Assembly (NCBI GenBank): GCA_965649225.1
Contig: CBFGJX010000001.1
Location: 1-64,000, forward strand
Direction of reading: 5' to 3'
Length of the DNA: 64,000 nucleotides
From: a candidate division WOR-3 bacterium
GTDB taxonomy: Bacteria > Hydrothermota > Tepidihabitantia > Tepidihabitantales > Tepidihabitantaceae
Shown here: one piece after another, positions 50,119 through 58,751 of the stretch
How positions within the stretch are numbered: the stretch's first letter is position 1
How the letters are laid out: every line of letters begins with the position of its first letter
The notes under the pieces: generated by a model
Databases searched by the model: none
Told to the model about the DNA's origin: nothing
What the model saw: only the letters and a program-made list of their open reading frames with translations
Translations under genes and position numbers: made by a program

Positions 50119-51044
50119 AGACCCACCGACGCAAGTATGACCGCGGCGATGCCGACAGCGCCCAGTACAAACCAGAAAAAGCGCAATGCCTGATCAACCC
50201 GGAGACGTGGATTGGTGTTCTTAACCAGAATCACCGGGACAACAACCGCAAGAATTTTGAGTACTGCCCACCAATCACGGACTCCGCCCCACAACACTGT
50301 CACCAGAAACACCGGCAGGAGCAGCAACATCATCGCCCGGGTTATCCGGAATGCTGCCAGCGTAACCCCGGAGTACTCGACAAAAACCCCGCCCATGATT
50401 TCCTGTTCAGCCTCGGCCATATCGAACGGCACAAGTCCCAGCTTGGCCTGAATCACCAGCAGAATGATGACTGCTGCCAGCACCCCGGAAATCGAGTAAA
50501 GAAACGGCCCCTGCTCTAACTGTACCCGTACCATCTCACCGAGTCTCAAGGCACCGTTCGCCTTGATGACCGGTACCAGCAGAGCAAGCACAAACGGAAA
50601 CTCGTAACCGAGGTACAGGGTCATCTCCCGCGAGGCTCCGACTGCAGCGAGCGGGTTTCGGCTGGCTGATGCACCCAGCAGCACCCCCAGTGGCGGCAAG
50701 GCAAAAAGATAAATCAGCACAAGGATGTCGCCGATAAACGAACCATCGGGCTGGTAATTGACATAGAACAGTAGCGCACCGACTAGACACATTCCCGCCA
50801 GCCCAAGCAAGGGTGCCAGCAGGAAAGTTGCACGATGAGCGCCAGCCGGCACGATCGTCTGCTTTATCGAAAGCTTGAGCAAGTCGGCCCAGGGTTGAAA
50901 GATCGGTGGCCCCTTGCGCATCTGAACACGGGCGCTGACGAAACGGTCTACCCAACTTAGAAGCATGCCGACATTCGCACTGAACAGAAAACTCAGCAGG
51001 ACTGCAAGAGCATATTCCAGCCCTCTGGTGTACCCGAGGTTCAC
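50115..51044 (-). CDS. NuoH/MbhM-like membrane anchor subunit
   Basis: DR..ARVQMRKGPP..QPWADLLKL, PFDMAEAEQE, EYSG, PRLRVDQ. Confidence 0.93.
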   Translation of the reverse strand: MNLGYTRGLEYALAVLLSFLFSANVGMLLSWVDRFVSARVQMRKGPPIFQPWADLLKLSIKQTIVPAGAHRATFLLAPLLGLAGMCLVGALLFYVNYQPDGSFIGDILVLIYLFALPPLGVLLGASASRNPLAAVGASREMTLYLGYEFPFVLALLVPVIKANGALRLGEMVRVQLEQGPFLYSISGVLAAVIILLVIQAKLGLVPFDMAEAEQEIMGGVFVEYSGVTLAAFRITRAMMLLLLPVFLVTVLWGGVRDWWAVLKILAVVVPVILVKNTNPRLRVDQALRFFWFVLGAVGIAAVILASVGL

Positions 51045-51505
51045 GAGCGCCTCCAATGCGCCGACCGCCCGAGCAACCGAGCTCCAACCCGAACCTCTCG
51101 CGTCGTCTCGACCTCGACAAACTGCAAAGCACCGGTAGGGCAGGTTTGGACACAACGCGGTCCCTCCGGCCGGTCACTGCACAAACTGCACTTCTGCGCC
51201 ATATGTCGGACAAGCTCAGGCTGTATCACACCAAACGGGCAGGCCAGAGCGCAGGAACGACATCCGACGCAGTGGAAATCAGACTTGCGAACGACGCCAC
51301 CGGCAGGGTCACGGACAATAACCCCGAACGGACAGGCAGCGGCACATAACGGCTCAGCGCAGTGCCGGCATGCCTGAGGCAGAAGCGTACCGGGGTCAAG
51401 CTCAGCATGCCGGATCCGTGCCTCGCCCTTGAAACGGGACCGGCACGCCGCTTCGCACGACCGGCAGCCGATACAGTAATCCAAACGCAGTACAATGCTC
51501 TTCAC
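51041..51505 (-). CDS. 4x[4Fe-4S] electron-transfer subunit (HydN/CooF/DmsB family)
   Basis: CIGCRSCEAAC, CRHCAEPLCAAACP, CVGCRSCALACPFG, KCSLC..CVQTCP. Confidence 0.92.
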   Translation of the reverse strand: MKSIVLRLDYCIGCRSCEAACRSRFKGEARIRHAELDPGTLLPQACRHCAEPLCAAACPFGVIVRDPAGGVVRKSDFHCVGCRSCALACPFGVIQPELVRHMAQKCSLCSDRPEGPRCVQTCPTGALQFVEVETTREVRVGARLLGRSAHWRRS

Positions 51506-53145
51506 TGCCAGACCGACGGGTTTTCGCCGCCCATCACGGCGACACGGTCGAGTTTCTCCACGGAACATCTTGTTGGCAGCACCGAGAGTTCACCATCGAG
51601 CGCGTCCGGCTGCGGCCGCAATAGCGCACGATTGGAATGAACATTAACACCGACGACCACCGCCCCGGCCGGAGCTGCATCGCTGATACGCACACGCAGA
51701 TCAACACTCCCCGCATCGGTGGTTACACGCGCAAATCCGCCATCACCAGTTCCAAGCCGAGTGGCGTCAACAGAGTTCAATAACACCCAGTCCTCTTTGT
51801 CGAAGAAGCCGCGCAGGCCGATCGCCTTCTTCTCTCCGACAAACAGCCAATCATCAGAACCTGCCGAACCAACGGTGTCGGCCATCTGCTGTGCCAGCGC
51901 AATCACCGCAGCCGGCTCAACCGACCTGACAGGTGACTCAGCCAGCTCACCAGCCCGGCCAAAGAGTTCGAGAACTCGGCCAAAGGGACGTGAACCGCTG
52001 ACCGGACCGGCCAGAGGTTGACGTTCCACATTGCCCCAGTAGGAAGTCCCTGTTGAAGATCGTTCCAGCTCCGCGGCTAGGGGCAGAACCAGTCCCTTGA
52101 TCGGAGGGTCGGGCCGGAAGATAGCAGTCGCGACACGATACTCAATGCCATCAAGCTCCGGCAGTAAACCGGCATATGAGTACGGATACAGCCCACCAGT
52201 CCAGAATATCATTCTCACCCCGCCCTCACGGGCAGCCCGACAGAGACCAGCGAAGCTCTCGGTTCCTGCCGGAACAGCGCTCTCCCGGAACCCAACAAAC
52301 GGCTTCTTCCCAGCCAGTGCTACCAGCTGGCAAGCAAGGCTGTGCAAAGCAGGATGACAAACCCGGGCAGGATGCATTGCCGCACCAACGAACCCGGGTA
52401 TATCCGGTTTTAGCATCTTGGCCACTTCTACCAGCTCATCCCGGGTCGTACCTGCAAGCGCTGCAAACCGATCAATGTCAACACCAGTTCTGAATTGCTC
52501 GTCCAGCAATGCGGCAAGTGCCACCAGTACCAGTGGTTCAGTACCTACCCGAACCCGAAGAAACCGATTGGCCAGACCACTTTGTCTGGTGCGCACAGAA
52601 TCGACCACAACCATCCGGCTGCTTCGATCCGCGTAACGCGCATCAACCAGCCGCCAGGAAGCAACCGGTGACGTATTGAACACATCACCAATCAACAACG
52701 TTGCCCGCGACCTATCCAGGTCCTCAAGCATCGCATCCCTCACCCCCGCCAGCCGATGGTTGAAAGCATTCTCGGGCTCAATATGCCCGCAAACGAGATG
52801 AGGTGTTCCAATCGCAGCGGCCAAGCCGCGCAGGCGCCGCACCTCGTCCGCCGAACGCCCCCGGCTGTACACCAAAGCCAGCTCCGCCGGTCGAATTGCA
52901 GCAAGCCAGCCGCGGATCATCGCTTCCGCCTCAGACCACGTAATGTCGCGCCCGTCGAACAGCGGCCGGGATAACCGCTCGGGATGATCAAGCACTATGC
53001 TGGCCGAATTACCGCGCGGGCAGAGCCGACCACGGTTCACTTCGGCTTCAGTGAAGTAGTGCATTCGATACTGGTAGCCGTTGAAGTCAACGCCTGAGGT
53101 ACAACCGTTCAAACAGAAAGGACAGGTCGTCTTGGCGCTAGTCAT
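51502..53145 (-). CDS. Molybdopterin-oxidoreductase-fold protein, degenerate (Fdh-alpha / NuoG C-terminal-like)
   Basis: CPFCLNGC-X26-C(PRG) Fe4S4 domain, ERLSRPL, ITWSEA, VVVDS, C-terminal LNSVDATRLG domain; only about 547 aa. Confidence 0.82.
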   Translation of the reverse strand: MTSAKTTCPFCLNGCTSGVDFNGYQYRMHYFTEAEVNRGRLCPRGNSASIVLDHPERLSRPLFDGRDITWSEAEAMIRGWLAAIRPAELALVYSRGRSADEVRRLRGLAAAIGTPHLVCGHIEPENAFNHRLAGVRDAMLEDLDRSRATLLIGDVFNTSPVASWRLVDARYADRSSRMVVVDSVRTRQSGLANRFLRVRVGTEPLVLVALAALLDEQFRTGVDIDRFAALAGTTRDELVEVAKMLKPDIPGFVGAAMHPARVCHPALHSLACQLVALAGKKPFVGFRESAVPAGTESFAGLCRAAREGGVRMIFWTGGLYPYSYAGLLPELDGIEYRVATAIFRPDPPIKGLVLPLAAELERSSTGTSYWGNVERQPLAGPVSGSRPFGRVLELFGRAGELAESPVRSVEPAAVIALAQQMADTVGSAGSDDWLFVGEKKAIGLRGFFDKEDWVLLNSVDATRLGTGDGGFARVTTDAGSVDLRVRISDAAPAGAVVVGVNVHSNRALLRPQPDALDGELSVLPTRCSVEKLDRVAVMGGENPSVWQ

Positions 53146-53960
53146 CAAACGAACGGCTCCTCGATATCCTTTATCTGCTCCCAGGTGAGTACCGGCCCGT
53201 CCTTACAGGTGAAATACGGCCCCAGTTTGCAGTGGCCACACTGACCCAGGCCGCAGGACATGTTCATCTCCATCGAAAGATAGATGTTCTGCCCCCGAAA
53301 ACCGGCGTCGAGGAGTTTCTTGGTGACAAACTTCATCATCACCGGGGGCCCGCAGACCACTGCGACGCTCTCTTTCTCGTCACAAGGGATCTCGTCCATC
53401 AAACAGGTCACAACACCTACCTTTTTCATCCACCTTTCGTCCGAAACGTCCACCGAGAGATCGATGTCGACGCCAGGCAGTTTTTCCCATTCAGGCAACA
53501 GGTACTTGTAGACAATATCGGCCGGCGTCCGCGCCCCGTATCGGAGAAAAATCCGCTTGTACTTCTGTTTTTCGTGTATCAACGCCAGAAACAAGGCCCG
53601 CAATGGCGCCAACCCGACGCCCCCGCCAACAATGTAAATGTCACGTCCTTCGAACTTCTCCAGCGGGTAACGCATCCCGTATGGTCCACGCAATCCGACA
53701 TAATCACCCGGCTGAAGGCCAAACAGCGCCGTAGTTGCCCGTCCAACCCGCATTATTGTCACCTCCAGTGTTTCGCGCTGAAAATGCGACGAAGAAGGCG
53801 TGAAGGGCGCCTCGCCATGGCCAGGTACAGTGAGTTCGACAAACTGACCAGCGAGGAACGGAATCTCCCGCTCCGGCCTGAGTACGAACGTCCTGATATT
53901 CGGCGTCTCGTCAATCAGCCTCAGAATCTCGGCCCGGACCGGCTGATAGGGGTTGTTCAT
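53145..53960 (-). CDS. FAD/NAD(P)-binding [2Fe-2S] subunit (AsrB / sulfhydrogenase gamma / PyrK family)
   Basis: GEAPFTPSS, RGPYG, GGGVGLAP, CGPPVM, MSCGLGQCGHC..CKDGP. Confidence 0.93.
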   Translation of the reverse strand: MNNPYQPVRAEILRLIDETPNIRTFVLRPEREIPFLAGQFVELTVPGHGEAPFTPSSSHFQRETLEVTIMRVGRATTALFGLQPGDYVGLRGPYGMRYPLEKFEGRDIYIVGGGVGLAPLRALFLALIHEKQKYKRIFLRYGARTPADIVYKYLLPEWEKLPGVDIDLSVDVSDERWMKKVGVVTCLMDEIPCDEKESVAVVCGPPVMMKFVTKKLLDAGFRGQNIYLSMEMNMSCGLGQCGHCKLGPYFTCKDGPVLTWEQIKDIEEPFV

Positions 53961-54991
53961 ACCGACAACAGCACCCGACGGATGTCGATTTTGCCCATAC
54001 AAACCCGGAAGCAGCGTCCGCACCCGGAACAGGCATAGAAACCGTTGCTGTTCTTGAAGTGTTGAAATTTGCATTCAAAACGGTTCGCAAACCGTCGTAG
54101 AAACTGACCACGAGGATTCGCACCGCCTCCGACCCGCTGATAGGCCGCCAGATAGCAGGCATCCCATACCTTCAGCCGTTCCATCTGCCTGCCTTGCAGT
54201 TGATCGTAAAGCAGAAAGCAGTAACAGGTGGGACAGCTCAACAGGCAACCATAACACTCAACGCAGTCGGCTGCGTGCTCGGCATAGAACGGCGCGTCGG
54301 TTTCACGCCGGCGCAACCGCGCAGGCAAATCCGCCGGCAATGGTTCAGGGTTGATTTCAGCAAGCTTCGCTTCGGCCCCGGCCCGGATCTCGTCACGTCG
54401 TTGCACCAAGGCTTCATCTGCCTGTCCCGGCAACACATCATCCAGCAACGCCAGCAGTTCCTGCCCCCGCGGCGTCAGTGGCTCAACCAGCCACTGCCCA
54501 TCGACTTCCGACACAACCACGTCGGCGCCCTCGCGAACATACGGTCGGCCTCCGACAAGGTTGCAGAAACACGAATCTGCCGGAGCTGGACAATCGGCCG
54601 CTACCAGAATCGTGTTCTCCAGCCGTAGCTGGTAGAAAGGGTCGACGAACTCACCCTCCAGAAACATCTTCCGGTGCACTGCCAAGGCTGCGATATCGCA
54701 ACCCTTGACGCCGAAAAGCACCTGCTTGTCAGATGAAGCTGGTTCCGATGGATCAGGAAAACTGGCGACGGTCTCGCGGGATTTGAACAAGAAAGATTTC
54801 ACCGGCTCCGCCGCTCTTATTTGGGTCAGCGCCGGAACCGGTGATTGCGTGCCGCCGAGACCCCCCGGCGGGCCAAACTTCTGCCAGTGGATATGGTTTT
54901 CTACCGCCTGGGGCACGAACAAAGTGAACCGCGCGCCAATGCGCTCAAGCCACTGCACCTGTTGCTCACGCGATAGGCAGCTGCTCGCCAC
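53957..54991 (-). CDS. 4Fe-4S subunit (AsrA / sulfhydrogenase beta family)
   Basis: PVKSFLF, FGVKGCD, DPFY, SCFC, CVECYGCLLSCPTCYCF, WDAC, CSGCGRCFRVC. Confidence 0.9.
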   Translation of the reverse strand: MASSCLSREQQVQWLERIGARFTLFVPQAVENHIHWQKFGPPGGLGGTQSPVPALTQIRAAEPVKSFLFKSRETVASFPDPSEPASSDKQVLFGVKGCDIAALAVHRKMFLEGEFVDPFYQLRLENTILVAADCPAPADSCFCNLVGGRPYVREGADVVVSEVDGQWLVEPLTPRGQELLALLDDVLPGQADEALVQRRDEIRAGAEAKLAEINPEPLPADLPARLRRRETDAPFYAEHAADCVECYGCLLSCPTCYCFLLYDQLQGRQMERLKVWDACYLAAYQRVGGGANPRGQFLRRFANRFECKFQHFKNSNGFYACSGCGRCFRVCMGKIDIRRVLLSV

Positions 54992-54999
54992 TTGGCGCA

Positions 55000-55027
55000 A
55001 AAATACCGACTGCCATCGGCATGTCAA
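55000..55027 (-). promoter_or_regulatory. Operon promoter TTGACA-N16-TATTTT, 8 nt before GTG 54991
   Basis: Reverse complement of aaaata (55000-55005) and tgtcaa (55022-55027). Confidence 0.7.
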
Positions 55028-55080
55028 GAAAAAAGTCAGACTTGATAACGGAACCTTTATCGTTCATCATTCCGGCGGTA

Positions 55081-55443
55081 ATGATGCCAAGGCTGACACT
55101 GCTGCTCATCGCAACCACTGTGCTGCTGCAGGCTGCGCCCGCCTTTTCTCCACCAGATTCCGTACCCCGCGAACCAGACCGGTGGCTGGGGATGGACAAG
55201 TTCTGGCACTTTTCGGCCTCCTTTGTTTCGGTCGGTGCCGGCTATCACCTTTTTGCCAACCGAATCGGCTTCAATCACGAAAACGCTGCTGCTGCGGCCA
55301 GCGCCGGGACAATCACCCTCGGCATCAGCAAGGAATTCTACGATCTTCTTGGCCGTGAACGGCACTTTTCCTGGAAAGACATCGTCGCCGACTTGTGCGG
55401 CATCGGCGCCGGTTATCTCGTGTTCGTCCACCAATGGCGGTAG
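55081..55443 (+). CDS. YfiM/DUF2279-like exported or membrane protein
   Basis: DRWLGMDKFWHF..S, KE.YD, FSWKDIVAD. Confidence 0.8.
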   Translation: MMPRLTLLLIATTVLLQAAPAFSPPDSVPREPDRWLGMDKFWHFSASFVSVGAGYHLFANRIGFNHENAAAAASAGTITLGISKEFYDLLGRERHFSWKDIVADLCGIGAGYLVFVHQWR

Positions 55444-55874
55444 CCGAAGAGCTGCTGAACCAACTGCAAACCGAAAACCTGTCCCTGCTCGTCATCACTC
55501 CGTCCGGCCGAGACTACCGGTTCACCAAACCCGGTGTTCAGCCCTTGCTCGAACTCCTTGAACTTGATCCCAGTGACCTGCACGGGGCAAACGTCGCCGA
55601 TCGTGTCGTTGGCTCCTGCGCCGCCCGGATTTTTGTCCACATCGGTGCTGCAAACGTTGTCGGAATAGAAGGTTCGCTCGCCGCTTCAACAGTACTGCAA
55701 GAGGCCGCTATCGCCTGGTACTTCCGCCTCACCGTCCCGGAAATCCGCAATCGCAGCGGCGACGGAATGTGTCCGTTCGAACAACTGAGCCTCCAGCACC
55801 CGGAGATGGACTCTTTCCTAGCCGCCATCCGCGACCGATTCAATTTCTCGTCCCCCTCCAAGCGGGTTCCCTGA
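55434..55874 (+). CDS. DUF1893 (TM1506-like) protein
   Basis: GVQPLL, ADRVVG..AA, IRNRSGDGMCPFE. Confidence 0.82.
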   Translation: MAVAEELLNQLQTENLSLLVITPSGRDYRFTKPGVQPLLELLELDPSDLHGANVADRVVGSCAARIFVHIGAANVVGIEGSLAASTVLQEAAIAWYFRLTVPEIRNRSGDGMCPFEQLSLQHPEMDSFLAAIRDRFNFSSPSKRVP

Positions 55875-56223
55875 AGTTGTACCCGGTTATACCCAGCCTC
55901 ACCGCGCTGTCACCGTTCCGGCCCAATCAGGCTCAGCGGCGCTGGAACATCCGGTCTGTCAATATCAAACAGGCATCGGACCGTCCGACAACGCCAGTCG
56001 CCCTCAGACTGACATGGGAGTCGTTCCCCCCATTGCCCTGCCGGCTTCTTGTGGGACACCCCAATCGCCCTGCAGGGCCGAAGTTGCTAGCGCCAGAATC
56101 GCTCAACAACATATGCAACATTATGTTACGACACACTGAATGTAAGAATATGGACCCCAAGGGGCTCAGGCAGCAAACCACGGTTTTGACTGTATACCGC
56201 TCGGAGCCTGGAATCACCAGAAC

Positions 56224-58086
56224 TTGAAGCCAGAACGCTGGGATGTTATTGTTGTTGGAGCCGGCCACGCTGGCTGTGAAGCCGCCTTGGCGGCAGCCCG
56301 ACTGGGTTGTTCGGTTTTGTTGCTGACCCAGAATCTCGATACGATCGCCCAGATGTCCTGCAACCCGGCGGTCGGCGGCGTCGGCAAGGGACAGCTTGTC
56401 CGCGAAATCGATGCTCTTGGCGGCGCCATGCCCCGGGTAACCGATCAGGCCGGCATTCACTTTCGCCAGCTGAACACGTCAAAAGGCCGGGCAGTGCAGT
56501 CCTCCCGTGTTCAGGTTGACCGTTCACTCTACCGGCGGCTGATGAAATCGCTGATTGAATCGACCCGGAACATCGCAGTTCGACAAGCTTCTGTTGCGCG
56601 CGTCCTGCGGCGAAACCGTACCTGTGTCGGGGTCCAGACCATCACCGGCGAAAAACTGACCGGCCAGACTGTGGTGCTTGCTCCCGGCACTTTCCTTTCT
56701 GGCCTTGTTCATATTGGCCTGACAAGTTTTCCCGCCGGCCGGCTGGGCGAAGCACCGGCCAATGAACTGGCCCAAAACCTGCGCGAATTTGGATTCAGGA
56801 TTGGACGGTTCAAGACCGGCACTCCCCCGCGCATTGACCTACGCTCAATTGCTACTGAAAAGCTCACAGCCCAGCCGGGCGACAAGGAACCGCTGGCTTT
56901 CTCGATTCACACGACTGCACCGGTCCAAAACCTTGTTGAATGCTGGATCACCTACACGACCCCTGCCACACATCACATCGTCCGGACCGGGCTAAAGCAG
57001 TCCCCATTGTACAGCGGGATTATCAAGGGCACCGGCGTCCGTTACTGCCCTTCGCTTGAAGACAAGGTCGTAAAGTTTCCCGAACGCACAAGCCACCATA
57101 TCTTCATCGAGCCCGAAGGCACTGACACGGTCGAATGTTACCCTAACGGCATCTCAACGAGCCTGCCGGTCGAACTACAACTTCGGGTTCTACACTCGAT
57201 TCCCGGACTTGAACATTGCTGGATGATGCGCCCTGGCTATGCGATCGAGCACGACTACTCCGACCCGACCCAGCTGTTGCCGACGCTCGAAACCAAGCTG
57301 CTGCGTAATCTGTTCTTCGCCGGCCAGATCAATGGCACAACTGGTTACGAAGAAGCGGCGGCGCAGGGACTGGTCGCCGGCGTCAACGCCGCGCTGCGGG
57401 CACTTGGCCGTCCCGCCTTCACCCTCGGTCGCGGCGACGGATACATCGGCGTCATGATCGACGACCTGACGATGCGCGGCACCGACGAACCTTATCGGAT
57501 GTTCACCGCCCGTGTCGAGCACCGCCTCCTCCTGCGTGAGGACAACGCCGATCTGCGCCTGGCGCCACGGGCATACAGTATCGGTCTGCTCGATACCGCC
57601 ACCTACCGGCGTGCAAAAGCAAAACTTGCTGCCTGCGCTGAAGCGTTCCGCTGGCTCAAAGACAACCGCATCAAACCAACTCCGGCGGTAAACCGTGTCC
57701 TGCGGCGTCTGAAAACCACAACGCTGCGCGAGCCGGTGACGGCATACGAACTGCTCAAACGGCCCGAAATCGGCTGGTCAGACATTGTCCGCCTCGCTCC
57801 GGGCGCACCCAGACTGACAGCCATGGCCCAGAATCATGTTGAGGTTGAGGTAAAGTACGCCGGCTACATCCGGCGGGCCGAACGACAGCTCGCTGCTCTC
57901 AATCAATTGGAGAAGATCCGGATTCCTCCCCGGTTCGACTTCTCCGTCGTTCCCGGTCTTTCCCATGAGATTCGCGAAAAACTGCAGAAAGCCAGACCCG
58001 GGAATCTGGCTCAGGCTCAAAACGTGCCTGGCGTGACGCCGGCGGCCCTGTTTGCGCTGAACGTTTTTCTCTGTTCAAAGAGATGA
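56224..58086 (+). CDS. mnmG: tRNA uridine-5-carboxymethylaminomethyl(34) synthesis enzyme MnmG (GidA)
   Basis: [46 protein letters not shown]. Confidence 0.98.
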   Translation: MKPERWDVIVVGAGHAGCEAALAAARLGCSVLLLTQNLDTIAQMSCNPAVGGVGKGQLVREIDALGGAMPRVTDQAGIHFRQLNTSKGRAVQSSRVQVDRSLYRRLMKSLIESTRNIAVRQASVARVLRRNRTCVGVQTITGEKLTGQTVVLAPGTFLSGLVHIGLTSFPAGRLGEAPANELAQNLREFGFRIGRFKTGTPPRIDLRSIATEKLTAQPGDKEPLAFSIHTTAPVQNLVECWITYTTPATHHIVRTGLKQSPLYSGIIKGTGVRYCPSLEDKVVKFPERTSHHIFIEPEGTDTVECYPNGISTSLPVELQLRVLHSIPGLEHCWMMRPGYAIEHDYSDPTQLLPTLETKLLRNLFFAGQINGTTGYEEAAAQGLVAGVNAALRALGRPAFTLGRGDGYIGVMIDDLTMRGTDEPYRMFTARVEHRLLLREDNADLRLAPRAYSIGLLDTATYRRAKAKLAACAEAFRWLKDNRIKPTPAVNRVLRRLKTTTLREPVTAYELLKRPEIGWSDIVRLAPGAPRLTAMAQNHVEVEVKYAGYIRRAERQLAALNQLEKIRIPPRFDFSVVPGLSHEIREKLQKARPGNLAQAQNVPGVTPAALFALNVFLCSKR

Positions 58087-58751
58087 CGAGCGGCCTTCGC
58101 AACACGCTGGAATCGACCGCCCGGACCCGTGGCGCCGTCGCCTTCGGTGTCTGTCAAATTGCCGACATCCGAACTGATGACTTCCAGCTTCCGGCCGAAC
58201 TCCTCGCCCAGATGCCTGTCGCCATCAGCGTCGGACTGCCGGTGGCAGCTGAAGTGCTTGCAACCATCAAGGGCTGTCCCAACCGGCTTTACGAACATCA
58301 CTACCGGCAGATCAACTTTGCGCTCGATCGCCTCGGGCTGGAGCTTGTCAATCTGATTCACAACCTCGGCGGCAAAGCTCTGGCAATTCCTGCCTCACAG
58401 ATTGTCGACTGGGACCGGCAGCTCGCCCACGTCTCGCACAAACGCGTGGCTGTTGCGGCCGGCGTCGGCTGGCTTGGCCGCAACAATCTTGTCGTTTCGC
58501 CCGACCACGGTGCCCGCATCCGATTGCTCACCGTGATCACAGATCTTGACCTGAAACCGGACCAGCCCCTGGCCGCTGACTGTGGTGAGTGTCACGCCTG
58601 CGTTACCGTCTGTCCGGCCGGTGCAATCAAAGACCATCCTGCGGACTTTGACCATACCGCCTGTTTCGCCCGATTGAAAGAATTTCAGCGCCAGCGACTG
58701 GTGAGCCAGTACATCTGTGGCGTCTGCGTTCAGGCCTGCGGTCCGCGCTAG
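58083..58751 (+). CDS. QueG-like (epoxyqueuosine reductase family) Fe-S/cobalamin protein
   Basis: [39 protein letters not shown]. Confidence 0.82.
   Translation: MTSGLRNTLESTARTRGAVAFGVCQIADIRTDDFQLPAELLAQMPVAISVGLPVAAEVLATIKGCPNRLYEHHYRQINFALDRLGLELVNLIHNLGGKALAIPASQIVDWDRQLAHVSHKRVAVAAGVGWLGRNNLVVSPDHGARIRLLTVITDLDLKPDQPLAADCGECHACVTVCPAGAIKDHPADFDHTACFARLKEFQRQRLVSQYICGVCVQACGPR

Noticed and set aside
40359..51044. Calling the operon complex I (nuo) or Mbx/Mbs
   Set aside because: The large subunit keeps all four NiFe Cys ligands, the small subunit has CxxC rather than the tandem CC of NuoB, and no NuoA/E/F is present.
51502..53145. Selenocysteine-containing formate dehydrogenase
   Set aside because: There is no in-frame TGA, and the TGA stops in the operon overlap the next start codons as ordinary terminators.
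55875..56223. oriC upstream of mnmG/gidA
   Set aside because: Only one or two degenerate DnaA-box-like 9-mers (e.g. ttataccca), no clear unwinding element, no dnaA/parAB/rsmG context, and the + strand appears C-rich on both sides.
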